DNA of 64,000 nt from Rhizophagus irregularis (taxonomy: Eukaryota). The translations under genes and the position numbers were made by a program. Positions within the stretch are counted from its first letter, which is position 1; every line of letters starts with the position of its first letter. The DNA lies in contig NC_089429.1 of the NCBI RefSeq assembly GCF_026210795.1, positions 5,580,001 through 5,644,000 of the forward strand, given 5' to 3'. Positions 37,300 to 51,216 of this stretch are shown piece after piece. The notes under the pieces were generated by a model that was not told the DNA's origin, made no database searches, and worked only from the letters and a program-made list of their open reading frames with translations.

Positions 37300-40050
37300 T
37301 CATTTCAATGAAAACGAGAAAGACAAAGGATTTTAAAAAATTTTTAGAAAGAAAAATTCATGATGAAAGGATCGAAAAGAAAAAATTTATACGAAAGTCG
37401 TCAAAATGTTTATATTAACTCAGGTTTTTAAAGACGAATTAGATAATAGTAATAATGAAAGTTTGGATCAGGTTTGGTTGAATTAGACAATATATCAAAT
37501 GAAGAAAAAAATATTAAATTCGATCCGATTGATGAATTTAATGATGACGGGAATTTCGCTTAATATTATAATTAATTGATCAGATTAAAAATTGTTAGCG
37601 AACAACGAGGAGAACAAGGATTCTATAATCGAAGAACAAGTTATTCCATTATCCACAAATCAAATCAACGATGTATCAGGAATTTCGGAATTAAGCTGAG
37701 CGAGAAAAAAATCTTGAACTAGAACAATTGAATGTTAGTTTAAAAGCTGATATCCTATTAAAACGAAAAAAAAAAAGAATCTCCGGATCAAAATTTACGA
37801 TTTCGTATCTTAGTGTCAAATAAGATATACTGTAAATCTGGCTTGAAATACAATAAGAAAATTGTCACTAAATATGAAGAGATGATAAAGAACAGCAAAT
37901 TAAGCTTTCGATGAGAAACAATCTAATATTAAGAAGTAATTAAAGTAACGCTTCTGGAACTTATTCTACCAGATTAATTCAAGAATAAAAATTATAAATA
38001 TGAAGGGATGGTAAATAATAAAAAACTTATGTGAAACTCATCAAATTATTTTGTTAGCTCAGATCTTAAAAAGAAACAAACAAGGGATTAGATGATAATG
38101 ATGGAGAACTTAGACCAGATTAAATTAGATGATAATTAGAAAATCTCGTTTAATAATAATGGATCAATTAACGAGAAATCTTGTTAACAATGAGGAAATG
38201 ATGGAGTCGTGATTGAAGGACATATCACTTCATTGTCCACAAATTAAGTCAGGCACTTCGGAAACTCGATATGTTACTAAGTCAAGAAACTAATACACAG
38301 CTTTTCTCGAAAGATAATGACCTTCATTTTAAAAGTTATGAAAATTTGGATGCGATTTCAAATATTAATACTTCAAATCCGGCTCATGGCATAATAAGAA
38401 AATTGTCGAAAATAACAAGAAACTAACGTCATCGATTCAAAACAATGTGATATTAAATATGAAAGTTCCTAGAACTTAACAAGACAAGAAAATTATAACT
38501 AAATATGAAGAGATGACGAAGAACAACAAGAAATTAACACTTCAAACTTGTACTATATCAAAAAATTTAAGAAAATGATCACGTGTCTGAGTTTCTTCGG
38601 AATAATAACTAGAAAAATGATCATTTATCGGAGTTTTTTTCCAGAACTTTTTTATAGATGCTATCCCAGATCGAATATTGAACGACAGTTACAATTCATT
38701 AGTTGCTAAAGATTGATGTAAATCTTGTCAAACTGATATTTTTAAACAAAATTTTAAGAATTGGACGAGTGGTAATCGGAAGTTGATGAATTAATCCAAA
38801 ATAGTCAATTAGAAGCAACGGATAGTTTAAACTATTTTGAATTGATTGACCATAAGGAGATCGTAAATATTGAGTACGTAACTAAAGGTGGATTGGGCAA
38901 GATATTTAAAGGCATGTGGGAAGGGACCTAGACTTAAATATAATACGACAGAAAGAATCTGGAAAAATATTCCTAATACAGCTATCGTTTTAAAAGAACT
39001 TGATAATCAAGAGAACTTTAATTCAATTTTTTGACGAGATAATATTCCGGAATTTAGTTTATTTAGTGATAAAATGTTATTAACGTTTTAATAATAGGTT
39101 CGAAACCACGTCTATTTATACTTAATCACGAAAATCACGTGTTGAGATGTTTTGGAATCACGAGATCTCCATACGAATGGCTAAAGAAAGATGCTAAAAA
39201 GAGACCCAATCTAAACTCGTATATGATAGTGATGATGTGGACAAATGATGATGACTTGCTTGTTAATAAGAAAACATCTAATGATGAATAGTACACTTGG
39301 TATAAACGGTTAAAAATATTAGAAGAATTATCAGGTGCCCTCAAAAGTATTCATGGTAAAGGAGTAATTCATCATGATTTTCATTGTGGTAATATTTTAA
39401 TGAATGACGAAGATATATTTCACTTTCCAGCTATCGGTGATTTGGGATTATGTGGAAATTATAATAAAACAAGAATTCTAATTGGCGTGACATCTTTTAT
39501 TGCACCTGAACATTTGAAAGAAAATCCAGAAAAGTTACAACAGCATCTGATATTTATAGTCGTATGGATAATTGGTTGTTGTAATTTACCTTACGAAGAA
39601 TTCAAGAATGATCAACTTAGATTACAATTTAATATAGTAATTAAAGGTTTACTTCAAAAGATATTCCAACAAGTTATGCAGAACTTATGAAAAGACGTTG
39701 GGATGATAATCCAAAAAAAAAACGCCCAAAGCATATATATTTTCAATGTGGGAAAAGCAATATTATTCGAACTTTTATTGCAGAAAGGAAAGATTACATA
39801 GGATAATAGGATCAAAAATTCTGCCCTACTCTGTAATTTTCTTGGAAATCAAGAAATAGAACCAGTAAACTAATTCATAAAAAGTAAAAAAGTGAGTAAA
39901 GTAAGGAACTTTTCATTTATATTCTTTATACTTAAATTATTATCATTAATTAATTTTTTATTTTCTTAAACACATGGACCTTTTGATGAAGTTTCTCTTT
40001 CAACGGTTAATTTGAAATTCGAATAGTAATAATGAAGATTTATTTGTTAG
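37300..40050 (+). pseudogene. Kinase pseudogene, copy 2
   Basis: Colinear with 28263-31287 including intron positions; many frameshifts and stops; MITE at 38556. Confidence 0.9.
38556..38660. mobile_element. CCCTATA-type MITE in kinase pseudogene, CTA TSD
   Basis: tgtaCTA[insert]CTAtccc vs empty site tgtaCTAtccc at ~46453. Confidence 0.8.
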
Positions 40051-40170
40051 ATAATTGAAAGCGAGCAGAATGAGAAAAAGATTTGGAAACAGCTGAATTC
40101 ACTGCTCCTCCGTTGCCAAGACCCTATTATATATTAATTTGAATTATATTGCTAAGAACAAGTAGCCACG

Positions 40171-40284
40171 CATCATGGAATTTTTAGGTAGATCGATCCA
40201 CGTAATTCCAAATGGATTAGTTCGGAAATATGTGGAATTTTTGTCACAGGGTATTTGGTTTTTGGTGGAAAAAATTTCCTGATG
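40171..40284. mobile_element. CATCA..TGATG MITE (CMC-like ends)
   Basis: Termini CATCATGGAA..TTCCTGATG; absent from the paralogous site at ~31425; related to 56658-56876. Confidence 0.7.
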
Positions 40285-41535
40285 ACTGTGGGTACATAGC
40301 TGAGTAAATCACCATCAGCTTAGCAAAGAAACCGCCACCTGAGGCAACAATTTCTTTAGCTTTCGGAAATTTCTATCGGATATTTTCCAAAAACTGCAGA
40401 CGGTCCTATAGATTAATTTCAGGTGGTTTCATTATGTTGTTTCTAAATTTCAAATATTGTTCACATTATCAAATTTCTCCATGTATCCACACCTTTTATT
40501 CGTTTGTAGAGTTTATCTTAATTTTTCAGAGACTCGTTTTCGCAGTAATGGTTTCTTATAACCAGTCGAAGTTATGTTTAATTTGAATTTAAATTATTGA
40601 TCTTTAAATAAAATACAAAAAAATTTATTCAATTAAACAAAATGAATTCTTTATCACAAGTTTATGTCTTTTAAACAAAACCATTCTTTTAAGCGATACA
40701 AAATTTTGATGTTTCCAATAAATTTAATAATATCTAAGCTTCCAAAACGTGCCATAATCGAAAGGTGCAGTCCAAACTCGTGCGTGATATAGATTAATTA
40801 ATAGCCAATCGATGCAAAATTGAAACATTACAACTAAGTTTTAGGAAATGAGTAACACTTGAATGAAAAATTTTCCCAACATAAATATAACTTTATTTTC
40901 CTGGTACTTACTAGTTACGTGAATTTTTTTTTTAACATAATTGAAAGATATTGTGTCACTTCATTGAGTTAAGTACTTAAGTTACCGAAGTTATCTCCAT
41001 AAAAAAATATAAAAACCTGATTATAATCAAATTTGGAAGTATCGGTAATTTTTTTTTATCACGCCAACGGACCTCGTTCATTAATTTTTTCTGCGGAAAA
41101 GCTGCATCATATAGTATTTATCCCTGTAATTTGTATCGTGACTTTGTTCACATGGAAATTAAAAAAAAAAAACATCATATAGTATTTACAACCATGTTTT
41201 AAATGTAATGCTCCAATAATTCTTACATATTTCAATTTATGGGAGAGTGTAACATTTCATAGTTTCCTAATTTAAAATAAAGTTAATTAACTGAGCCATA
41301 TATTTATTATTACAGTACGGTTAATTAACCGGTTAAACAATTTTCCTTTTCCTTTTTAATAGTTAAACATTTTGTTTGTATTAATGGTTAATTAACCATT
41401 TCTTTCGTTATATTTTTTCTAACACGAAATTTCCATTGTTTCACTAGCGTAAATTGTATATATAACCATTCATTTTTTTTATCGCTGAATATATTTATTT
41501 TCTTACAAACAACCAAATAAGAAACTAAATATCAG

Positions 41536-43224
41536 ATGATAAGAAAAGAGAGAAAGAAAGGTCACGTTTGGGCACATTTCAAGACTGTAGTTAAAAGTAA
41601 TAACTCGCATCCTCCTGTACAATGTAAATACTGTTGCAAAAATTATCAACGAGCTGTTCCTGAACGAATGCAAGCCCACCTTGACAAATGTCCAAAAGCA
41701 CCGAGTAATGCAAAATCACAACCCAAACAGCAACAATTAATTAACAATTTTAATGGTGGCCATATGAGTGAAGATCGGAATGGTAATATATTATCTTCAC
41801 AACATTTTATTCAACGTCCTCAATCACCTTTCGAGTTACAAGATAGCGAAGAAATAAACATGCAAATAGAGTATAGTGACCAATCAGAAACTCCGAATAA
41901 TATACATCATCTAGGTTATTGTTATCAGTACGGAATAGGAATTACAAAAAATGAAACCAGAGCATTTCAATTATATAAAGAAGCAGCTGAAAAAGGTCAT
42001 ATTAATTCAAAATATGATCTTGGAAGATGTTATCAACGTGGAGTAGGAATTGAAAAAAATGAAATTAAAGCATTTGAATTATATAATGAAGTAGCTCAAA
42101 ATGGTCATATAACTTCAATATATGAGCTTGGAGAATGTTATCAATATGGAATGGGAACGGAAAAAAATGAAATTAAAGCATTTGGATTTTACAAAGAAGC
42201 AGCTGAAAAAGGTCATATTACTTCAATATATAAACTCGGAGAATGCTATAAATATGGAATAGGAATTGTAATAAATAAAATTAAAGCATTTGAATTTTAC
42301 AATAAAGCGACCCAAAAAGGTCATATTACTTCAATATTTAAGCTTGGATATTGTTATAATCATGGAATAGGAACTGAAATAAATAAAATTAAAGCATTTG
42401 ATTTATATAAAGAAGCAGCTGAAAAAGGTCACATTACTTCAATACATAAACTTGGAGAATGTTATCAATATGGAATAGGAACTGAAATAAATGAAATTAA
42501 AGCGTTTGAATTATATAAAGAAGCAGCTGATAAAGGCTATACTATTTCATTATATGAACTTGGAGAATGTTTTCAATATGGAAGAGGGACAGAAAGGAAT
42601 GAAAATAAAGCGTTTGAATTATATAAAGAAGCAGCTGATAAAGGCTATATTATTTCATTATATGAACTTGGAAAATGTTATCAATATGGAATAGGAACTG
42701 AAATAAATAAAATTAAAGCGTTTGAATTATATAAAGAAGCAGCTGAAAAAGGCTATACCATTCCATTATATTGGCTTGGAAGATGTTATCAATATGGAAT
42801 AGGAACCGAAAAGGATGAAATCAAAGCACTTGAGTCATATAAAGAAGCAGCTGAAAAAGGTCATACTAGTTCGTTATATTATCTTGGAGAATGTTATCAA
42901 TATGGATTTCTAGGAACTGAAATAAATAAAATTAAAGCATTTGAGTCATACAAAGAAGCAGCTGAAAAAGGTCATACTATTTCATTATATGAGCTCGGAG
43001 AATGTTATCAATATGGAATAGGAACTGAAATAAATAAAATTAAAGCATTTGAATCATACAATAAAGCCGCTGAAAAAGGTCACATTACTTCAATACATAA
43101 ACTTGGAGAATGTTATCAATATGGAATAGGATCTGAAATAAATGTAATTAAAGCGTTTGAACTTTACAAAGAAGTAGCAGCTCAAAATGATCTTATTAAT
43201 AATTTTATCAATTTTGATGAATAA
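41536..43224 (+). CDS. BED zinc finger + 12 Sel1-like repeats
   Basis: Close paralog of 32658 (VWAHF..CKYC..MQAHLDKC); 562 aa; the old C-terminus persists out of frame after the stop. Confidence 0.9.
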   Translation: MIRKERKKGHVWAHFKTVVKSNNSHPPVQCKYCCKNYQRAVPERMQAHLDKCPKAPSNAKSQPKQQQLINNFNGGHMSEDRNGNILSSQHFIQRPQSPFELQDSEEINMQIEYSDQSETPNNIHHLGYCYQYGIGITKNETRAFQLYKEAAEKGHINSKYDLGRCYQRGVGIEKNEIKAFELYNEVAQNGHITSIYELGECYQYGMGTEKNEIKAFGFYKEAAEKGHITSIYKLGECYKYGIGIVINKIKAFEFYNKATQKGHITSIFKLGYCYNHGIGTEINKIKAFDLYKEAAEKGHITSIHKLGECYQYGIGTEINEIKAFELYKEAADKGYTISLYELGECFQYGRGTERNENKAFELYKEAADKGYIISLYELGKCYQYGIGTEINKIKAFELYKEAAEKGYTIPLYWLGRCYQYGIGTEKDEIKALESYKEAAEKGHTSSLYYLGECYQYGFLGTEINKIKAFESYKEAAEKGHTISLYELGECYQYGIGTEINKIKAFESYNKAAEKGHITSIHKLGECYQYGIGSEINVIKAFELYKEVAAQNDLINNFINFDE

Positions 43225-44425
43225 GGACCGGAATAAATATGATCAAAGCAAATGAATTATATACAAAACATACTGTACTAGTTAAGGAAATACTTTATTT
43301 TAAATAGTTTTTATGAAATTTTCTATTTACAATTTTTATTTCTTTTATGGTATTTTATTGTTATATTTGATACTTTCTATAAATTTAAGATTTACTGAAG
43401 TTAAAGAAAATCGTAGAAAGTCTTATTTTAGCATTTTTATTTGTAGTTCAGGGATTGAAAATTGACTATCATAGAATTAAAATGTTTATTATTTAGAAAA
43501 TAATGTTATTTAATTGGTTGATGTGAATATATAATACCAATTATTAACGTTTGTATTATTAAATTGATCGTTATTCGTTAACTGTTAAGGTCAGTAAATT
43601 TTAAAAGTATGATACAAGTATAAATGTTCTATCGGATTAGTTAAACATTCCATTTATGGTATGATATTATTTTGTTAACAAGTAATAATAATACTTATTT
43701 ATTTACTTATTTACAGAATCACCAATCGTTCATCGTTCTATAGATTTTTATTTTGTTTTTACTAAAATATAAAAATAATATTTTATCGCGACAGCGGCTA
43801 AGATTTAAAAATTTTTAATATAAAGGCCAAATAATTCATTTAAATTGTATTAGTATTACTAGATTTAAAATAAATAATTGAAGCAAAGTACGGATAATAA
43901 TGAATTTGGTTATGAAAATAAATAATAAACGAAACAATTTGAAATAAATCTAAAAATCAAATTATTCTTTAATACACGTTAGTTATATCGATTTTTAATA
44001 AAAAGATCCTAAAATAATAAGATTTATGTTTTTTGGTTGAAATCTTTATGAACGCTTACTTTATTAAACTCTGTATAATCTTTGATAAACTTAACAAAAA
44101 AAATAGACACCGGAAGCAACCTATAAAAACAAACCGAATATTATTTGGTACGCAAAAAAATTGTACCTAAAGTCTTATTAATCTCATAAGAACATTTCCA
44201 GGGTTCAGTCATTGGTCTTAATAAATCGACATGCTTCACATAATTAATATCTCGTATTCGCGGTTATATAAATCGTAACCTTATAACGAAGTGGTTAATC
44301 TAAAAAAGAAAAATAATTAAATGATAAATCGGTTCTTATAACTCTCAAAAATAAATAATTTATAAATGTATTGTAGTTTGTGACTGTTCGTATTAAATCA
44401 CAAATTTGTGAATTATTAGAAAATA

Positions 44426-44939
44426 TCCCTTAAACTGTAGGAGTTAAAATTAATTTTAAAAATTTTTGAATTTTTAAAATATCTTAAGATCTAGTGATCA
44501 TAGAAAGATGAAATTATATTTGTTAGATTCCTCTTATTAAGGCGCATTTAATGGTAATAAAATCATAACTCTAAAATTGATAGATAAAAAGTTATGTTAA
44601 TTTATAAATTTTTGGATTTTATAAGTTATCCTGTCACATAATATTTGTAGAAGGACAATTTTATTTCTATCAGATTCTTCTCATTAAGACGCATTAAATG
44701 GTGGTAATTTTACATTTCTAGGGTTAATGGATAAAAAGATTATAATTTGTCGATCATTTACTTTTAAAAAATCATTAATCAAATTGAACTTTTTTTTTGA
44801 TTTTTACTTAGAAAAAAATACTATAAAATTTATTACAAAAATATTGGTTTATGTAATAAAATATTTTAAGATATTTAAAAGTGTTTTTAATTAAAAAACA
44901 AAATTGCAGGCAAATTTGGCTGCAAAACAGTTTAAGGGA
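44426..44939. mobile_element. MITE with TA TSD (Tc1/mariner-like)
   Basis: TA|TCCCTTAAACTGT..ACAGTTTAAGGGA|TA; absent from the paralogous spacer at ~36680. Confidence 0.8.
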
Positions 44940-45329
44940 TAGTATAATAATAATATAAATCAAGTAGAAAAATTTATTTTTACGACAATGAATAAAATAA
45001 TAATTTTTTATATACGTCAAATAATACAATCGACAACTGGCATAAGAATTTTAGGGTCGGTAAATTAGGGTATACACATGTATGGAATGTTTCTTAAATA
45101 GTAAATAGTATAAAAGAAAATTGGGTAAAAAATTTTTTTTAATTTTTTTTTTTTGACTTCAACTTTTTGACATAATAAATTAATATTTATTTAAATACTC
45201 ATGAAATTATCCAATCATTAAAAAAAAAAATTCTATACTATGGAAATAGGCTTTCATACTTTATATACATTTAATTTCGTTTAACAAAATAATAAGTATC
45301 AAAAACGAAAATTAAAAAAAATGATAACG

Positions 45330-47648
45330 TTAAATCATTTCAATGAAAACGAGAAAGACAAAGGATTTAAAAAAATTTTTTGAAGGAAAAATTCGTGATG
45401 AAGTATCGAAAAGAACAAAGGCTTATATGTGAAAGTCGTTAAAATGTTTATAATAACTCAGATTTAAAAAAACGTACGACAAATTAGATAATAGTAACAA
45501 CAAAAAGTTTGGATCAGGTTCGGTTGAATTAGACAGACAATGGATTAAATGAAGAGAAAAATATTAAATTCGATCCGATTGATGAATTAGTTGATGATAG
45601 GAAATATTATAATTAATTGATCAGATAAAGAGAATAATTGTTAGCGAACAACGATTCTGTAATCAAAGAACAAGTTATTCCATTATCCAAAAATCAAATC
45701 AACGATGTATCAGGCGTTTCAGAAATTCAATATTTTGAGCCGAGCGAGAAAAAAAATCTAGTTTAGAAGCCGATATATTATTAAAACAGCTTTTTTCGAA
45801 AAAAAAGAATGATGAGTCAAAAAAAAAAACTTATGTGGAACTCATCAAATTATTTTTGTTGGCTCAGATCTTAAAGAAACAAACAAGGGATTAGATGATA
45901 ATAATAATGAAGAACTTAGACCAGATTCGATTAAATTAGATGATGATAAGAAAATCTCGTTTAATAATACTATTAATGGATCAATTAACGAGAAATTTTG
46001 TTAGTGAACAATGAGGAAATGATGAAGTCATAATTGAAGGACATATCACTCCATTACTCACAAATTAAGTCGACGACGAACCAGACACTTAGGAAATTCG
46101 ATATGTCAAGTCAAACGAACTTGTTTTTCGAAGATAAAAATCTTGGATTGGAGCAACCAGATGTTAACATAGAAACTGATACACCTTCAAAACAGCTTTT
46201 TACGAAAAAGAATAATGATCTTTATATTAAAAGTTATGAAAATTCGGATGACGATTTCAAATGTTAATATCAAAATGAAAAGTTCAAATCCGGCTCATAT
46301 ATAGCATAATAAAAAATTGTTGAAAATAACAAAGAAACTAGCGCCATCGATTCAAGACAACTTAATATTAAATAAGAAAGGAACAAGACAAGAAATTATA
46401 ACTAAATATGAAGATATGACAAAGAACAACAGAGAAATTAACACTTCAAACTTGTACTATCCCAGATCGATATTGAATGGCAATTACATAAGGTGTTACA
46501 ATCCATTAGTTGCTAAAGATTGGTGTAAACCTTGTCAAACTGATATTTTAAGTGGTAATTCGGAAGTTGATGAATTAATCCAAATAGTCAATTAGAAGCA
46601 ACGGATAGTTTAAGGCTTTAAGCTATCTCGAATGGATTGACCATAAGGAGATCGTACATATTGAGTATATAGCTAAAGGTGGACCTGGTAGGATATTTAA
46701 AGGCATATGGACTAAGGGATCTAGGCTTAAATATAATACGATAGAAAGAATCGGGGAAATATTCCTAATACAACTATTGCTTTAAAAAACTTTATAATCA
46801 AGAAGACTTTAATCAATTTTTAGATGAGGTAATATTCTGTGAATTTAGTCTATTAGTAATAAAATGTTTTTAATGAACGTTTTAATATATAGGTTCGAAA
46901 CCATCGTCAATTTCTACTTAATCACGAAACTCACGTGTTATGTTTTGGAATCACGAGATCCCCAAACGATAATACGGAACTCACAAGAAAGATACGAAAG
47001 ACTTGCGAAAGCCAACCCAAATTCGTATATGATGGTGATAATGTGGTCAAACGATGGTGACTTGTTCAACTATATTAAGAAAACATCTAATGATGAAAAG
47101 TTCACTTGGCATAAGCGGTTAAAATATTAGAAGAATTATCAGGTGCCCTCAAAAGTATCCATGATAAAGGAGTAATTCATCAGGACCTTCGTTGTGATAA
47201 TATTTTAATGAATGACGAAGACATATTTCACTTTCCAGCTATTAGTGATTTGGGATTAAGTGGAAATTATAATAAAACAAGAATTCTAAGTGGTGGAACC
47301 TCTTTTATTACACCTGAACATTTAAAGAGAGCCCAGAAAAGCATTGTAAATTACATTACGAAGAATTCAAGAAGGATCAATTGGTTAATATGGCAATTAA
47401 AGGTTTACGTCCAAAGATTCCAACAACTTAACAACTTATGCAGAACTTATGAAAAGATGTTGAGATGATGATCCAAAAAACGCTCAAAAGCATTTGAGCT
47501 AAGAGAAATTTTTTCAATGTGGAAAAAACAATATTATTCGATAAAAAATTTTTTTATTGCAGAAAAGGAAGATTACATAGGATCAAAAATTCTGGCCTAC
47601 TTTGTAATTTTCTTGAATTAAGAAATAGAACGTAGTAAACTAATTCAC
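45330..47648 (+). pseudogene. Kinase pseudogene, copy 3, truncated by a pogo fragment
   Basis: Colinear with the intact kinase and frameshifted; homology ends abruptly at aactaattca (~47647). Confidence 0.9.
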
Positions 47649-48524
47649 CTCTGATCCCTTCTATTTTTTTTTAATTTTTTGTAGAAAAAAAATAATTAAA
47701 TATTTTTGTTTCATCTTATAGATACGAAAAAATTACAATGAGTGGATGGCAGAAACTAAAGAGTTAACACCTACCGGTAAAATCAAAAGACCTTCTTATG
47801 AAAATGTAGCACATTTGGTTAAAGATTCATGGGACGCGGTTGATGTTAATTTGATTAGACGATCTTTTAAATGCTGTGGAATCTCTAATAAACGTGATGG
47901 AACTGAAGATGACTGGATTTTTAATAATGATCGTCTCAAACAAGCAAATCAATTAAATGATGAAGTGGAAGTGCTATCAGATAAAGAGAACGATGATGAT
48001 GAGGAATATGGAAATGAAGAGGAGAATGTGGAGGAGGCGGAGTATGAGTAGTAGTAGGAGGAGTAGGAGGAGGAGGAGGAGGAGGAGGAATATGGGGAAG
48101 GGGAGGAAAAGGAATATGAGGAGGAGGATGAAGAAGAGGACAAGTGTGATGAAGAGGATGAAGAGAATGAATGTGAAGAGGGAAGAATGAAAATTATTTT
48201 GGTTATTACGAACAAGAACAAATTACGATAACATATGGGATTAATAATGGGTGGCTTTGATTGTGTAACGATACTAGTTGAATAGTTTTTTTTAATTTGA
48301 TTAGTACCGGGTACTTTTCAAGCCGGAATACGATTAGTATCCGGGGTATTATTCAAAATCTGACTTTACAGCTGATTTCATAATATGCGGGACATACGAG
48401 AGACAACTCAGTACAGTGGAGCAGTATTCTGTTATACCGAATCTTACCGAATTTCTCTCGGCATGTAGTAAAAATGATGGTGACCCGTATATTATGAAAT
48501 CACGGTACTATTTGAAGGGTACTG
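47649..48524 (+). mobile_element. pogo-like (Tc1/mariner, DDE_1) transposon 3' fragment
   Basis: YNEWMAETKELTPTGKIKRPSYENVAHLVKDSWDAVDVNLIRRSFKCCGISNKRDGTEDD, then an acidic GAG-rich tail; right end ..GGGTACTG|TA. Confidence 0.8.
48369..48505. mobile_element. Small TA-TSD MITE nested in the pogo end
   Basis: TGATTTCATAATATGCGGG inverted against CCCGTATATTATGAAATCA; TA on both sides. Confidence 0.7.
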
Positions 48525-50598
48525 TATGCAGCGCTATACGTAAAATTAAAAATTACCCATAAAAACGTAAATAAAAAAAATTCATAAAAATTTATTTAAA
48601 ATAGAATTTTCTTGGTTATATATGGTATGATTAAAGGAAAAGGATTTTGCATAATTCATTCGTTTTAATAATATTCATTTCAGTTCCTATTCTATATTGA
48701 TAACAAACTCCAAGTTGAAATGTTGAATAAATATGATCATTTTGAGCCGCTTCTTTATATGATTCGAACGTCAGTTCCTGATAACATTCTCCGAGCCATA
48801 TAATAAAATAGTATGACCATTTTCAGCTGCTTTTTTATGACTTAAACGCTTTAATTCTTAAATTTCATTTATTTCAGTTCATATTCCATGTTGATAACAT
48901 TCTATAAACTGCGAATTTTATTTTCTTTGTCGCATATTAATGCGATACAGTTGCTAAAGAGGTATAGTATATCCGTCTTCACCACCTACAGCTTTTTTCA
49001 TTGGTCGTGTAATAAATGCTCAAAATAATAACGTTGGAAAAGGGGTAAGGTGCATTATCATTGCGTCGCCATCATAGAAAAATTTTACAAGGTTAGATAT
49101 TGACTTGCGTACAATCTGAGGATTTTTTAGCCATGTTCAGGTTATTAAAATGCGTATTTTTAACAGGCTTTTTTTCTAAATAAGGGGTTTGTTTTGCGTT
49201 ATTTTTAGTAGTTTATCTGATCATATATATATATATATATTTCATAAGATAAATAACTAAAATAAATATTAATCAACTATTTAGCATAAAAGAACTATGT
49301 AACGATTGTATTAGCAATTTGCGCAAAATCTAATATTGTCTATTTATCTTAGGCCAATTAATATATTAATTGAAATTATATTGAAATTATTAGGCATATT
49401 TTTATGATTACTTTGGTCGGAAGGATGTAATAAAAAAAAACGATAATATTTATGTAAAAATTTATTGAATGTATTATTATATATTCATTGTAAAGAATAT
49501 TTTAATATATTTTTCAAGTTTTGATCGTGGACAAATCACGTGATGATCAGAGATTAGAAAATTTGCGTATTTTTTCTGATTTTCTGAAGTAAGCTCCTAA
49601 TAGATTTTATAGAATTAAAGAAAGTGGTAAATATTTGCTTAAAAAATTAAAACCTGTCCTGGAAAAAATTGACTATCATAGAATTATTGATCTTAATTTA
49701 GAAAAAAAAACAAGATTAAATCAATATAACAATAAAATTTTGGTTTTATATTTAGATAAATTAGATCTTATACACGTTTTTTTTATTTTTAAGTAAAAAA
49801 AAAAATATACTCATCCTAACTAAAAAAATCATACAAAGCATATTTATTCAATTAAAAAAAAATATTTATTTTGATTATATCGCCAATCCAAAGCTAAGAG
49901 GTGAAAGAACGAAAGAACGAAATAATAGAAAAAAAAATTAGTAAAGTAATAAGAAAAAAATTATTAAAATAAAAAATCATGCTTACCGTAGATCTAAGAC
50001 AAAATAAATAATAACGATAATATACCTATACATATATAAGTTGATAAAAAAAATATGTATAAAGATAAATAAGAAAATTACACAAAAAGAAAATACAGTA
50101 TTAGTATAGATTATTATTATAAAGAAAAAAAAGGGATGATAAATATTAAAAATTCATTTTTAAAAAGATTGGAAGAAAAATTATTAAAATCTCGGTTTTA
50201 AAAACTGAAAAAAAATAATATTAAAAAAGATCCGGTCGAAAAATAGACCAAACAAAATATTATTATTAAAAAAAAATCCAATCTTAAAAAAAGAGACCAA
50301 AAAAATAATAATATTAAAAAAAAAAGAAATAAGATCGGGTCTAAAAAGACTGAATGATCCAAGCAGTCTAAAAAAAAGAGACCGAAAAAAGATTTAAAAT
50401 CAAACATCAACGTACAGTAATTGATCTGCAGCTGATCACATCATCCTAAAATGAAATCTGTAAAAGATATTGCACTGCTGATTAGCAAGTCATTAACCGG
50501 AACTGTATCACGATGAAAATCTCCCCACCAGAACATACACATGAACCGACAGAAATCAAGTTATTCAAACCATAATAATTATAGGCGCTGACGAATCA

Positions 50599-51216
50599 AA
50601 CAGGGCGGACATCCTCATATTATCACATTATTGCCGATCATTTTGCCGATCATCTATTTTAAATATTATCACATAAAAAATACCATTTTTTTGCAAATTT
50701 AACTATATAAATTTTATTTGTTATCAAAATTTATCCAAAGTCCGAAAATTAATGTTTTCAAATCCAAAAATTAACTAAAACCCAAAAATGGGCTGAATTT
50801 TAATAATAATTAGAAAATTGAAATTATTTTAATGATATTGTGACAACCAGTGATTAAAATTTAATGTTTTATAGCTTTTTAGATTCATCTCGTCAAGACA
50901 AACATTTTGATAGTAATTTTATAATTTTTTACGCCAAATTGATTGAGAAATTGCATTTTGAAAATTTCTATTTATTATATAGATTATAACAAATATAATT
51001 GCAAGTATAAATTTAGCCATAACTTCTTGATTACCTAAAATTAGGAATGATTACTTCGGCCATTGATTTTAAATCAGTTAAACTATAACCCATAAAAGTT
51101 TCAAGCTTCGGCCAAACTTCTGTGACTTTGGCCGAAGTTTTAAAGTCTGATATCACCCAATTTACTATAAGATCGGCAAATGATCGGCAAGGTGATATAA
51201 GGATGTCCGCCCTGTT
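50599..51216. mobile_element. Non-autonomous element with 9-bp TSD (Mutator-like)
   Basis: GACGAATCA|AACAGGGCGGACATCCT..AGGATGTCCGCCCTGTT|GACGAATCA; subterminal GCCGATC repeats. Confidence 0.88.

Noticed and set aside
47949..48221. Ser-rich (-) and Arg-rich (+) ORFs
   Set aside because: Alternative frames of the GAG/GAA-rich acidic tail of the pogo element
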